Positions 1 to 9,074 of a stretch of 32,000 nt of DNA are shown here, piece after piece. Source of the stretch: Propionibacterium freudenreichii subsp. freudenreichii (GTDB lineage Bacteria; Actinomycetota; Actinomycetes; Propionibacteriales; Propionibacteriaceae); NCBI RefSeq assembly GCF_000940845.1, contig NZ_CP010341.1, positions 780,001 through 812,000 on the forward strand, given 5' to 3'. The notes beneath the pieces were generated by a model. It was not told the DNA's origin, ran no database searches, and worked only from the letters and a program-made list of their open reading frames with translations. A program made the translations under genes and the position numbers. How positions within the stretch are numbered: the first letter of the stretch is position 1; every line of letters begins with the position of its first letter.

Positions 1-86
1 GTAGGAACCTCCATCGTCGGGAGACCTCGACGTCTATCTGCGGACCGACGCGCCCGGCCGACCTACACCCTCATCTGAGAAGACCC
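1..86 (-). mobile_element. Partial second copy of the ISL3-family element. Only the IRL-proximal end is present; the body runs off the window start.
   Basis: Bases 1-86 are the exact reverse complement of 19224-19309 (86/86 by eye). They end in the same 25-bp terminal repeat (62-86 = reverse complement of GGGTCTTCTCAGATGAGGGTGTAGG). Confidence 0.85.
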
Positions 87-379
87 GGATTCATTCTTCC
101 CTGCGCCGAGGCGACGCTCATTACGGGAGGACTGTCGCTGTACCCATCTTTTGCTTGATTCTGTTTGCCGCGGTCTTCTGCCTTGCGCTGGTTTATGCGT
201 TCAGTGACCTTCTTGCGGGGATCATTGCAGTGGTCGTGGCTACCGCCTTCGAACTGGTCCTGGTGCTTCAGTGTCGGGCTGCGCGGGCAGAGCTCTCGAG
301 GCGCCGTTAGTCCCTCCGATGGGGGAGCGGACGCCCCGCAATGGGTGGCTGGCAGTAGCGTCCAGACCTTGAACGACTC

Positions 380-422
380 GGGGGCGGGAACCCACAGATC
401 AGATCTGCGCGTTCCCGCCCCC
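380..422. terminator. Long GC-rich hairpin, a candidate intrinsic (bidirectional) terminator downstream of the alcohol dehydrogenase gene
   Basis: The arm GGGGGCGGGAAC (380-391) pairs with GTTCCCGCCCCC (411-422). An inner stem CAGAT(395-399)/ATCTG(403-407) closes a 3-nt loop. The hairpin starts 20 nt past the ADH stop codon (442-444, minus strand). There is no strong U-tract, which is common in Actinobacteria. Confidence 0.55.
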
Positions 423-441
423 TGTGTGGTCAACGGTTCGT

Positions 442-1485
442 TCAGGGCTTCACGAGGATGCGGATCGGGTTGCCCTTGTGGTTCTTCAGGTCGTCGATGC
501 CGCGCTCAACCTCGGACAGCGGTACCACGTCGCTGATGGATTCGGACAGGTCCAGGCGTCCGAACGAGAGCATCTCGGCAAGGATCGCGATGTCCTGGCC
601 CTGGTAGCCGAGGTGGCCACGCACCTGCTTGCGCTGCAGGTTGAAGTCCAGGAACGGGCCGGCGTCAATGTCCTGGTCGGACAGGCCCAGCGTGACGACC
701 TTGCCGTTGACGTCGAGCGATTCGACGGCTGCCCGCACCGTGGCCTGGATGCCGACGGCGTCGAAGGCGACGTCGATCATGCGGCCGTTGGTGACTTCCT
801 CGATCTTCTTCATCAGGTCGGGATCATCGGAGTGGAAGGCGAAGTCGGCGCCCAGGCGCTTGGCCCGCTCCAGCACCTCGTCGTTCAGGTCAATGGCGAT
901 CAGCGGCACGGCGCCGGCGCCACGCGCCAATTGCACGAGGTGCGTGCCGACGCCGCCGACGCCCCATATGGCCACGGCATTTCCGGTGTGCACCTGGGCG
1001 GTGCGCACCACGGCGGCGTAGGGGGTGGATACTGCGTCAGCGAGCAGGGCGGCCTGATCCATGGCAACGTTGTCGGGGATCTTGGTGAGGCCCATGGCCG
1101 AGGCCACGTGGTACTGGGCCCAGGCGCCGTCGTAGGCGAAGGCCATCAGGTGCAGGTGCAGGCAGCTGGCGAAGTCGCCGCGGCGGCACTTGCGGCACAC
1201 CATGCAGGGACGTCCGGCCGAGGGGATGACACGGTCGCCGACGCTCCAACCGGTGACGCCCGGTCCGAGCTTGACAATGGTGCCGCTGGCCTCGTGGCCC
1301 TGGGTGACCACCGGCAGTGACGGCGGGAAGTTGCCATTGATCAGGCTCAGGTCGGAATGACAGATGCCACAGTAGGCGACCTTCATGAGAACCTCGCCGG
1401 GTCCCGGTTCGGGGATCGGGATCTCCTCGAGGTGAATACTGTGGTCCTTCGCGTAGAAACGCTCGGCAAGCATCGTTTCAGCCAT
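442..1485 (-). CDS. Zn-dependent alcohol dehydrogenase (medium-chain dehydrogenase/reductase family)
   Basis: 347-aa ORF. Catalytic-Zn motifs CGICHSD and GHEASG are present, with the structural-Zn Cys cluster CMVCRKCRRGDFASC and the Rossmann motif GVGGVG. AGGAG lies about 8 nt upstream of the ATG. Confidence 0.9.
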   Translation of the reverse strand: MAETMLAERFYAKDHSIHLEEIPIPEPGPGEVLMKVAYCGICHSDLSLINGNFPPSLPVVTQGHEASGTIVKLGPGVTGWSVGDRVIPSAGRPCMVCRKCRRGDFASCLHLHLMAFAYDGAWAQYHVASAMGLTKIPDNVAMDQAALLADAVSTPYAAVVRTAQVHTGNAVAIWGVGGVGTHLVQLARGAGAVPLIAIDLNDEVLERAKRLGADFAFHSDDPDLMKKIEEVTNGRMIDVAFDAVGIQATVRAAVESLDVNGKVVTLGLSDQDIDAGPFLDFNLQRKQVRGHLGYQGQDIAILAEMLSFGRLDLSESISDVVPLSEVERGIDDLKNHKGNPIRILVKP

Positions 1486-1622
1486 GGGGTGTGCTCCTTT
1501 GAACGGCTGTCTTTACCCTCAAAACTATCTCGCTCTGAGCGGCGACCACGACGGGGGCACCCAAAGTTCACAGAAGGGCACTCAAGTCTGACCGTGCGAG
1601 AAGGACGTGCAGCCGGGCCGGC

Positions 1623-3410
1623 TCATTCGGAGTCGTCGAGCCCACTCACCGCAGCCGCATGGCGATCGGCGGCGGCCACGGCGTGGTTGAAGCTGCTGGT
1701 CAGCGAGCTCAGCGCCTCGATATGGCCCTGCGTGGCCCACACCGATCCGTGCAGGCTCTCGTACCACGCGAGCTGTGGGCGATAGCGGCCCTCGTCGGTG
1801 AGCTTCTGGAACAGCGCGGTCCACTGGGCGTCGACGCCGAACACGACCGCCCAGGGCAGGCAACGGCTGAAGACATCGCCGCTGTGCTTCCAGTCGATCA
1901 ACTCGGGATCGGGATCGGACAGGAACTGGCGGAAGCCCTCGGCCTGTTCCAGCACGGCGCTGCCCTGGGGGGTGCGCGAGGGGGTGAAGGGCATGATCGC
2001 CAGCACGCAGATGCCGGCGAGGATGATGCCGGCCGACCACAGGCCCAGGCCCATGAAGCCCACGAACGGGATGAGCGTCAACAACCCGAACATGCAGATG
2101 ACCACACCAAAGCGGTGTGAACGGAAGCGCGCCTTGTCGGGCGGCACCCGGAACCAACCCAGCGCCCCGACCCGGCGGGCGATGGCCTCGCGGGTGGTGG
2201 TGAAGCTGCCCTTTGCCCGGCTCGCCTCACCGGTGCTGGACGTCACCCGGATGCGTCCCTTGACCTTCGGGAACAGCCGCTTGAGCACGGTGCGCTCGTA
2301 AGTGGCCAGGGTGCTGGCGTCGGTCTGGGTGCGCCGGAACGTCCAACTGGAGTCATCCTCGCGGTGCACGGTGAGGAACCCACGCACCGCCAGGTCGATC
2401 AGGGTCGCCGTGATCTGGTCGGTTTCGGTGTGGGTCTCCAGGAGGAATCCAACCTCGCCCGGCAGCGTCTGTTCGGGGGGCTCGGTGCGCAGCGGCACGC
2501 GGCGACGCCCCCCGGTGACCACGCGGGTGTCGGGCGGCGGCTTGCGATCCCCGGCGTGCGAGGAATCCCAGCGTCGGTCGCGACCCTGCGTGAGGGCATA
2601 GCCGACGGAGCCGATCAGTCCGATGAGCCCGAAGGCCAGGCCGCCGATGATGTCCACGGCAGTGAGTGGGAAGCGGTCGGCCAGGGTGCGGTGGACGGTG
2701 TAGTCCTCGCTCACATCGGTGAAGGTGCCGCTCGGGTAGGTCACGTTGATGCGCACCGCGTCGGCGGCCGCCAGGTCCCTCACCGAGGCGCTGACGCCCG
2801 AGTCGTTGCTCGTGATCGGGCACGAGCCGACCGGTTGCAGGTCGGTGGCGCACCGGCTCGACGTGGCTGCCCCCGGAGCCTCGATGGTGAAGCTGGCCTC
2901 GTTGCGCGCGAGCGTGTCGACGGCGTCCACGGCCTCCCAGGCGAGCTCATCGCCACTGTCGGTCGGGGTGACCAGCCCGTCGATCTGCAGGCTCACCCGG
3001 TAGTGCTGCACGCCCCTGATCTGGTTGGTCTGGTCGCCGATGCGGAACAGGTCGGTGTCCACCGTGCTGGTGTGGCGCACGCCGGTGGGTGCCCCGCTGG
3101 GGCTGGTGACATCGGTGATGGTGTTGGTCAGCTGGCGGAACCGGGGCCGGCCCTGGGCGGGGGGCACCTCCACCCGACGCGGAAACGACAGTGCCGGTCC
3201 GGCAGAGCTTCCGTTCCCGGTGTCGAAGGTGGCGTCGATCACCACGGTTGCCACGCCCTGTGCGTCCAGTGAAAGCGTCTCGTCGTAGCGGGTGAACACC
3301 GGTTGGTCGGTCTGGGCACGGGCCGGCGTGCCGGGGCCGAGGGCCACCCACAGGGTCGCCATCATGGCGCCGAGCAGTAGCACCACGGCACCGTGAACCC
3401 CGCGGCGCAT
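1623..3410 (-). CDS. DUF2207-family membrane protein (function unknown)
   Basis: Signal-peptide-like N-terminus MRRGVHGAVVLLLGAMMATLWVALGPGTPARA, an extracytoplasmic domain, one TM segment, a cytoplasmic linker, a C-terminal TM cluster and an LPWAVVFGV region, as typical of DUF2207 by eye. An alternative GTG start at 3455 would add 15 aa. Confidence 0.75.
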   Translation of the reverse strand: MRRGVHGAVVLLLGAMMATLWVALGPGTPARAQTDQPVFTRYDETLSLDAQGVATVVIDATFDTGNGSSAGPALSFPRRVEVPPAQGRPRFRQLTNTITDVTSPSGAPTGVRHTSTVDTDLFRIGDQTNQIRGVQHYRVSLQIDGLVTPTDSGDELAWEAVDAVDTLARNEASFTIEAPGAATSSRCATDLQPVGSCPITSNDSGVSASVRDLAAADAVRINVTYPSGTFTDVSEDYTVHRTLADRFPLTAVDIIGGLAFGLIGLIGSVGYALTQGRDRRWDSSHAGDRKPPPDTRVVTGGRRRVPLRTEPPEQTLPGEVGFLLETHTETDQITATLIDLAVRGFLTVHREDDSSWTFRRTQTDASTLATYERTVLKRLFPKVKGRIRVTSSTGEASRAKGSFTTTREAIARRVGALGWFRVPPDKARFRSHRFGVVICMFGLLTLIPFVGFMGLGLWSAGIILAGICVLAIMPFTPSRTPQGSAVLEQAEGFRQFLSDPDPELIDWKHSGDVFSRCLPWAVVFGVDAQWTALFQKLTDEGRYRPQLAWYESLHGSVWATQGHIEALSSLTSSFNHAVAAADRHAAAVSGLDDSE

Positions 3411-3721
3411 CCCGGAGGGTCCGCCGCGTGGCCGGCCCGACGACAAGTGCAACACTCTGGCAGGCTATCGCGAGCTTCCGGGGCCCAGCGGGCAATGCGC
3501 CTGACCCGCAGTGCGCCGGCGTCGGTCGCCCCCGGCGCAGGGTTGCGTCGCCGGGGCAGGGTCGTTGGCCCGAAGGCGGTGTTGCGTCGACGACGGCAGG
3601 TGCGGGCACGTCCGTGCGTATCCGCCGGCAGGTGCGCGTGCGGGCATCTCAGCAGGCCCATGGGGGCTCGTCCCCGGGGGTCGCGTGCGGTAAGAAAGGG
3701 GTAGAGCTCAGGAGGCCATGG

Positions 3722-6700
3722 ATGACAACGAGCGTCGACCCCGATCACGGCACGACCACTTCTGCACGACCGACCGCGTCCGCGGGGCAACATCGCGAAA
3801 CCATGGACGGCAATGAAGCCGCCGCCCGTGTCGCCCACGCGTTCAGCGAGGTGATCGCGGTCTACCCGATCACCCCGAGCTCCGCGATGGCCGAGAGCTG
3901 TGATGCGTGGAGCGCCGCCGGGCGCACCAACCTGTGGGGTGGCGTGCCCCAGGTGGTGGAGATGCAGTCGGAGGCCGGCGCGGCCGGTGCCCTGCACGGC
4001 GCCGTGACCAAGGGTGTGCTCGGCACCACGTTCACGGCCTCACAAGGCCTTTTGCTCATGATCCCGAATATGTACAAGATCGCCGGCGAGCTGACTCCGG
4101 CGGTGATCCACGTCGCGGCGCGCGCGGTTGCCACCCATGCGCTGTCGATCTTCGGCGACCACTCCGATGTGATGGCCGTGCGCCAGACCGGTTGGGGCAT
4201 GCTCGCCTCGGCATCGGTGCAGGAGGCCCACGACCTGGCGGCGGTGGCCCATGCGGCCACGTTGCGCACCCGGGTGCCCTTCGTCCACTTCTTCGATGGT
4301 TTCCGCACCAGCCACGAGGTGAACACGATCGAGACCCTCACCCGTGATGACCTGACGGCACTCGTCCGCGAAGACGATGTTTCCGCTCATCGCGAACGCG
4401 GCCTGACCCCGGACGCGCCGATGTTGCGCGGCACCGCCCAGAACCCGGACGTCTTCTTCCAGGCCCGCGAGGCCGCCAACCCCTTCTACGACGTCACCCC
4501 CTCGGTGGTGCAGGAGGTGATGGACGAGCTGGCCGAGCGCAGTGGACGCCAGTACCACCTGGTCGACTACCACGGTGCGCCGGACGCCGATCGCGTCATC
4601 GTGATCATGGGTTCGGGTGGCGACACGGCCCGTGAGACCGTCGACGCCCTCAACGCGGCCGGGCAGAAGCTCGGCGTGCTGCAGGTGCGCCTGTTCCGTC
4701 CCTTCCCCACCGAGCAACTCGCGGCGGCGCTGCCCACCTCGGTGCGCCACATCGCCGTGCTCGACCGCACCAAGGAGCCCGGCTCGGCCGGGGAGCCCCT
4801 GCTGGCCGATGTGATCACCGCGCTGGCCGATGAGGCCGACCACTTCGATGCCGGCATGCCGAAGTTCACCGGCGGACGCTATGGCCTGAGCTCCAAGGAG
4901 TTCACCCCCGCCATGGTCAAGGCCGTCTTCGACGACCTGGCCACGCCCGCTCCGCATCGTCGCTTCACCGTGGGCATCAACGATGACGTCTCGCACCTGT
5001 CGCTGCCGGTGGACGACTCCTTCACCATCGACCATCCCGGCCTGACCGCCGTCTTCTACGGGTTGGGTTCCGACGGCACCGTCGGGGCGTCCAAGAACTC
5101 GGTGAAGATCATCGCGGCCGATGGCCGCTACGGCCAGGGCTATTTCGTCTATGACTCGCGCAAGTCGGGGGCCACCACGGTGAGCCACCTGCGCTTCGGC
5201 GACAAGCCGATCGACGCGCCCTATCTGATCGATGCGGCCGACTTCGTGGCGGTGCACCAGTTCGAGCTGCTCGAGAAGATGCCCACCCTCGACCTGGCCA
5301 AGCCGGGCGCGAAGGTGCTCATCAACTCGCCGTTCGGCGCCGATTCCTGGGCGCACCTGCCAGTGGAGATCCAGCAGATCATCCTCGACCGCAAGCTCGA
5401 CGTCTGGGTGATCGACGCCACCGCGATCGCCATCAAGACCAAGCTGGGGCACCGCATCAACACGATCATGCAGCCCTGCTACTTCTACCTGTCGGGTGTG
5501 GTCGACCAGGCCGAGGCGATCCCGCGCATCAAGGAGAGCATCGACAAGACCTACGGCCGGCGCGGCCGGGTGATCGTCGAGCGGAACTTCGCCGCCGTCG
5601 ACGCCGCCATCGAGGCGCTGAGCCACCTGGAGGTGCCCGCCGGCGTGGTCGGCGACCAGCACCGCATGGCGCCACTGCCCGACGCGGCACCCGACTTCGT
5701 CAAGCGCGTCACCGGCGCGATGCTGCGCGGCGAGGGCGACGCCCTGCCGGTCAGTGCGCTGCCCGTTGACGGCACGTGGCCGATCGCCACGAGCAAGTAC
5801 GAGAAGCGTGGCATCGCCACCGACATCCCGATCTGGGACGAGAGCCTGTGCATCGACTGCGGCAAGTGCGCCATCACCTGCCCGCATGCGGCAATCCGCA
5901 TCAAGGTGGCCCCCGAGGCCGAGTTCGCCGACGCCCCCCAGGGCTTCAAGTCGAAGAACTACCGCGACCGCAAGCTCGCCGGCCATCGCCTGGTGGTGCA
6001 GGTGGCCCCCGATGACTGCACCGGTTGCGGCATCTGCGTGGACGTCTGCCCGGCCAAGTCGAAGACCGAGGTGAAGCACAAGTCGCTCAACATGGAGCCG
6101 CGCCGTGAGCACCTCGAGACGGAGCGCGCCAACTTCGACTTCTTCCTGGGGCTTCCCGAGATCGACCGTTCGAAGGTACGTCACGACCAGGTGAAGGGCG
6201 TGGCCCAGTTGCAGCCGCTCTTCGAGTTCTCGCTGGCCTGCTCCGGCTGCGGCGAGACGCCCTACATCAGGACGCTCACCCAGCTGTTCGGCGACCGGAT
6301 GCTCATCGCCAATGCGACTGGCTGCTCGTCGATCTACGGCGGCAACCTGCCGACGGCCCCCTACGCCACCAATGCGGCCGGACGGGGCCCGGCGTGGAGC
6401 AACTCCCTGTTCGAGGACAACGCCGAGTTCGGCCTGGGCATGCGCCTGGGCTGGGAACAGCAGAACGCCGAGGCACGACGCCTGCTGGAACATGTCGGGG
6501 GATTGGACGCCGACCTGGTGGGCGAGCTGCTGGGCGCCGATCAGCATGACGAGCCCGGAATCGACGCCCAGCGCGAGCGCGTGACGCGCTTGAAGGAGGC
6601 CCTGGCCGACCGTTCCGACGCGACGGCGCAGCGGCTGGCAACCCTGGCCGACGAATTGGTCGAGAAGTCGGTGTGGATCATCGGCGGCGACGGTTGGGCC

Positions 6701-7441
6701 TACGACATCGGCTCGGGCGGACTGGACCATGTGCTCGGCTCGGGGCACAACGTCAATGTGCTCGTGCTCGACACCGAGGTGTACTCCAACACCGGCGGGC
6801 AGGCGTCCAAGGCGACGCCCCGCGCGGCGGCGGCAAAGTTCGCCCCCCACGGCAAGGCGAGCGCCAAGAAGGACCTCGGCATGATCGCCCAGGCCTATGG
6901 CGACGTCTATGTGGCGCAGGTGGCCATCGGGGCCAACCAGCAGCAGACCGTGCGCGCCCTGTCCGAGGCGCAGGCATGGGACGGGCCGAGCCTGATCATC
7001 GCCTACTCCACCTGCATCGCCCACGGCATCGACATGGAGACGTCGATGACCCACCAGGGCGATGCGGTGCGCACCGGATACTGGCCGCTGTACCGCTTCC
7101 GTCCCAGCGAGGATGCCGATGCGGTGCCCCTGCACATGGACTCCAGGGCGCCGATGGGCAAGGTCGCCGACTTCATGGGCAGCGAGGCGCGCTTCGCGAT
7201 GCTGCAGCGGGCCTATCCCGACCGGGCCCGTGAGCTGGGTGACCTGGCCCAGGCCGATGCCGACGAGCGTTGGCGCTACTACAGCCAGCTGGCCGGCGTC
7301 ACCCGCGTGCTGCCCGCCGAGCGGGAGGGTGCTGCCGACGACGACCAGCCGGTCACCTCGCCAACTCCTGAGCCCGGTGGCACCGTGACGCCCCCGTCGG
7401 GCGATTCGGGAGCCGCGGGCACGACGAAAGCAGGGGAGTGA
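3722..7441 (+). CDS. nifJ: Pyruvate:ferredoxin (flavodoxin) oxidoreductase, single-polypeptide PFOR
   Basis: N-terminal MDGNEAAARVAHAFSEVIAVYPITPSS; two 4Fe-4S motifs CIDCGKCAITCP and CTGCGICVDVCP; TPP motif GGDGWAYDIG. Start chosen at ATG 3722 because AGGAGG (3710-3715) lies 6 nt upstream. The track start at 3428 adds an Arg/Gly-rich non-coding-looking extension. Confidence 0.95.
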   Translation: MTTSVDPDHGTTTSARPTASAGQHRETMDGNEAAARVAHAFSEVIAVYPITPSSAMAESCDAWSAAGRTNLWGGVPQVVEMQSEAGAAGALHGAVTKGVLGTTFTASQGLLLMIPNMYKIAGELTPAVIHVAARAVATHALSIFGDHSDVMAVRQTGWGMLASASVQEAHDLAAVAHAATLRTRVPFVHFFDGFRTSHEVNTIETLTRDDLTALVREDDVSAHRERGLTPDAPMLRGTAQNPDVFFQAREAANPFYDVTPSVVQEVMDELAERSGRQYHLVDYHGAPDADRVIVIMGSGGDTARETVDALNAAGQKLGVLQVRLFRPFPTEQLAAALPTSVRHIAVLDRTKEPGSAGEPLLADVITALADEADHFDAGMPKFTGGRYGLSSKEFTPAMVKAVFDDLATPAPHRRFTVGINDDVSHLSLPVDDSFTIDHPGLTAVFYGLGSDGTVGASKNSVKIIAADGRYGQGYFVYDSRKSGATTVSHLRFGDKPIDAPYLIDAADFVAVHQFELLEKMPTLDLAKPGAKVLINSPFGADSWAHLPVEIQQIILDRKLDVWVIDATAIAIKTKLGHRINTIMQPCYFYLSGVVDQAEAIPRIKESIDKTYGRRGRVIVERNFAAVDAAIEALSHLEVPAGVVGDQHRMAPLPDAAPDFVKRVTGAMLRGEGDALPVSALPVDGTWPIATSKYEKRGIATDIPIWDESLCIDCGKCAITCPHAAIRIKVAPEAEFADAPQGFKSKNYRDRKLAGHRLVVQVAPDDCTGCGICVDVCPAKSKTEVKHKSLNMEPRREHLETERANFDFFLGLPEIDRSKVRHDQVKGVAQLQPLFEFSLACSGCGETPYIRTLTQLFGDRMLIANATGCSSIYGGNLPTAPYATNAAGRGPAWSNSLFEDNAEFGLGMRLGWEQQNAEARRLLEHVGGLDADLVGELLGADQHDEPGIDAQRERVTRLKEALADRSDATAQRLATLADELVEKSVWIIGGDGWAYDIGSGGLDHVLGSGHNVNVLVLDTEVYSNTGGQASKATPRAAAAKFAPHGKASAKKDLGMIAQAYGDVYVAQVAIGANQQQTVRALSEAQAWDGPSLIIAYSTCIAHGIDMETSMTHQGDAVRTGYWPLYRFRPSEDADAVPLHMDSRAPMGKVADFMGSEARFAMLQRAYPDRARELGDLAQADADERWRYYSQLAGVTRVLPAEREGAADDDQPVTSPTPEPGGTVTPPSGDSGAAGTTKAGE

Positions 7442-7444
7442 GCC

Positions 7445-8452
7445 ATGACCACCAACGTCGACATCTCCACCAACTACCTGGGCCTGGAGCTGAAGTGTCC
7501 GGTGATCTCATCGGCCAGTCCGCTCAATGCCCACGTCGACAAGCTGCGTGCCATCGAGGCCGCAGGAGCCGGAGCCGTGGTGCTGCCGAGCCTGTTCGCC
7601 GAGGAGGCGGAGGACGAGGAGCTGGAGGCTGCCGGGTTGCTCGACAGCGGTGACGAGTTCGCCGAGTTCGCCTCCTCGCCGCTCGTCGAGGTGGACCAGG
7701 GCGACCAGGGCACCAACCGTCACGTGTTGCTCGTGCAGCAGGCCAAGCAGGCGCTCACCATCCCGGTGATCGCCTCGGTGAACGGCTCGCACCCGGGCAA
7801 CTGGTCGGGCTACGCGGGCATGCTCGCCCGTGCCGGCGCCGACGCCATCGAGCTCAACCTGTACAACGTCGCGGCCGACCCCGGGCAGTCGCCCGAGGCG
7901 GTCGAGGACGACTACCTGACGATCATCACCGATGTGAAGAAGGCCATCGGCGACCTGCCGTTGGCGGTGAAGGTCTCCCCGTTCATCAGCTCGGTGGCCC
8001 ACTTCGCCCCGCGGGCGTTGCAGGCCGGTGCCCGTGCGGTGGTGCTGTTCAACCGCTTCTACGGCCCCGACCTCGACCTTGAGGCGTTGTCGGTGCATCC
8101 GACATTGGCGCTGTCGACCTCAGCCGAGTTGCCGTTGCGCCTGCGCTGGGCGGGCATCCTGTCGGCCCAGGTGCCGGACCTGCAGATCGCGATCACCGGT
8201 GGCGTGCACAGCGGCGCCGATGTGATCAAGTCGCTGCTCGTGGGGGCCACCGTGGCCTGCACCACCTCGGCGGTGCTCAGCCGGGGGCCGGCGGAGATCT
8301 CGCAGATGGTTGCCGACATGCGCCAGTGGCTGGCCAGCCACGACTACGAGTCGGTGGACCAGCTGCGCGGTTCGATGAATGCCTCGTCGGTGGACGACCC
8401 GGAGGCCTTCGAGCGCGCCCAGTACATGCAGATCCTGCACAGCTGGAACTGA
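7445..8452 (+). CDS. Dihydroorotate dehydrogenase-like TIM-barrel protein (PyrD superfamily paralogue; probably not a true DHOD)
   Basis: 335-aa ORF with class-1 DHOD/DPD-like segments: LKCPVISSASP, IELNL, ITGGVHSGADVIKSLLVGA. The ATG lies 3 nt after the PFOR stop, with GGGGAG (7433-7438) as a Shine-Dalgarno-like site. Confidence 0.8.
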   Translation: MTTNVDISTNYLGLELKCPVISSASPLNAHVDKLRAIEAAGAGAVVLPSLFAEEAEDEELEAAGLLDSGDEFAEFASSPLVEVDQGDQGTNRHVLLVQQAKQALTIPVIASVNGSHPGNWSGYAGMLARAGADAIELNLYNVAADPGQSPEAVEDDYLTIITDVKKAIGDLPLAVKVSPFISSVAHFAPRALQAGARAVVLFNRFYGPDLDLEALSVHPTLALSTSAELPLRLRWAGILSAQVPDLQIAITGGVHSGADVIKSLLVGATVACTTSAVLSRGPAEISQMVADMRQWLASHDYESVDQLRGSMNASSVDDPEAFERAQYMQILHSWN

Positions 8453-8479
8453 CGACCACCCGACCGGAGCCGGGACCGA

Positions 8480-8995
8480 TCAGCGCAACTCCCACTCGTC
8501 GAGCACCCGGCAATGGTCGGACTCGTACCAGCACAGCTGGATGCGGTCGGCGCGGCAGTGGGCGGGCACCAGCTTGCCCAACAGCGCGCGCGTCGACTGC
8601 ACGCTCACCTGTGGTGAGAGTCGGTCCAGGCTCAGGTGGGGCACCGGTGCCGGGTGGCCGTAGCCGCGCACCTCGGGAAAGGCCTCGACGGCGCGGCCGA
8701 TCGCGTCCCGCAGTGGCGCGTCGGGCTCGGGGCGTAGGTGAATGAGCCCATCGGGGAACACGCCCAGCTGCGACAATTCGAAGTCAAAGGGATGCAGGGC
8801 GTCCACGATCGGGGCGATGCGGGAACGCTCGGGCACCGCCATGAACGGCGCGAGCACCGTGATGTGCGCCTGGAAGAACCGCGGGTCGTCGCTGAGGAAC
8901 GAGCGGTCGTAGAACCGTGTGCGTTCGCGGGCGAAGGGTTCCAGCTCGGGCACCGGCACCAACAGGACGGCATGGCCGCGCCACTGGGGGTCCAT
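8480..8995 (-). CDS. 2H phosphoesterase superfamily protein (2'-5' RNA ligase-like)
   Basis: Two H-x-T/S-x motifs, HITV and HLSL, at the spacing expected for the 2H fold. Start chosen at ATG 8995 (MDPQWRGHAVLLVPVPE). The longer track ORF to 9151 would overlap the accA 3' end by 77 nt. Confidence 0.7.
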   Translation of the reverse strand: MDPQWRGHAVLLVPVPELEPFARERTRFYDRSFLSDDPRFFQAHITVLAPFMAVPERSRIAPIVDALHPFDFELSQLGVFPDGLIHLRPEPDAPLRDAIGRAVEAFPEVRGYGHPAPVPHLSLDRLSPQVSVQSTRALLGKLVPAHCRADRIQLCWYESDHCRVLDEWELR

Positions 8996-9074
8996 GCTCG
9001 CCAGCGGGTCGACGTCCGCCAAGTTCCCGACGTCCGCACTGCTTGTGGCGTCCGCACGGGGACGCCACCCCGGC

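Noticed and set aside
424-1320. 298-aa plus-strand ORF over the alcohol dehydrogenase gene, with similar antisense ORFs over accA (9720-10868) and the DUF2207 gene (2364-3272)
   Set aside because: These are antisense to genes with clear family motifs and have high-GC low-complexity translations.
3428-3721. N-terminal extension of the PFOR ORF back to 3428 (track start)
   Set aside because: The extension is Arg/Gly/Ala-rich, has no PFOR homology, and would overlap the divergent DUF2207 start. ATG 3722 has a canonical AGGAGG at ideal spacing.
4040-7135. 1031-aa ORF antisense to the PFOR gene
   Set aside because: The opposite strand encodes an unmistakable PFOR with all cofactor motifs. The antisense product is Arg/Gly/His/Val-rich with no recognisable domain. 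Long stop-free antisense frames are expected in high-GC DNA.
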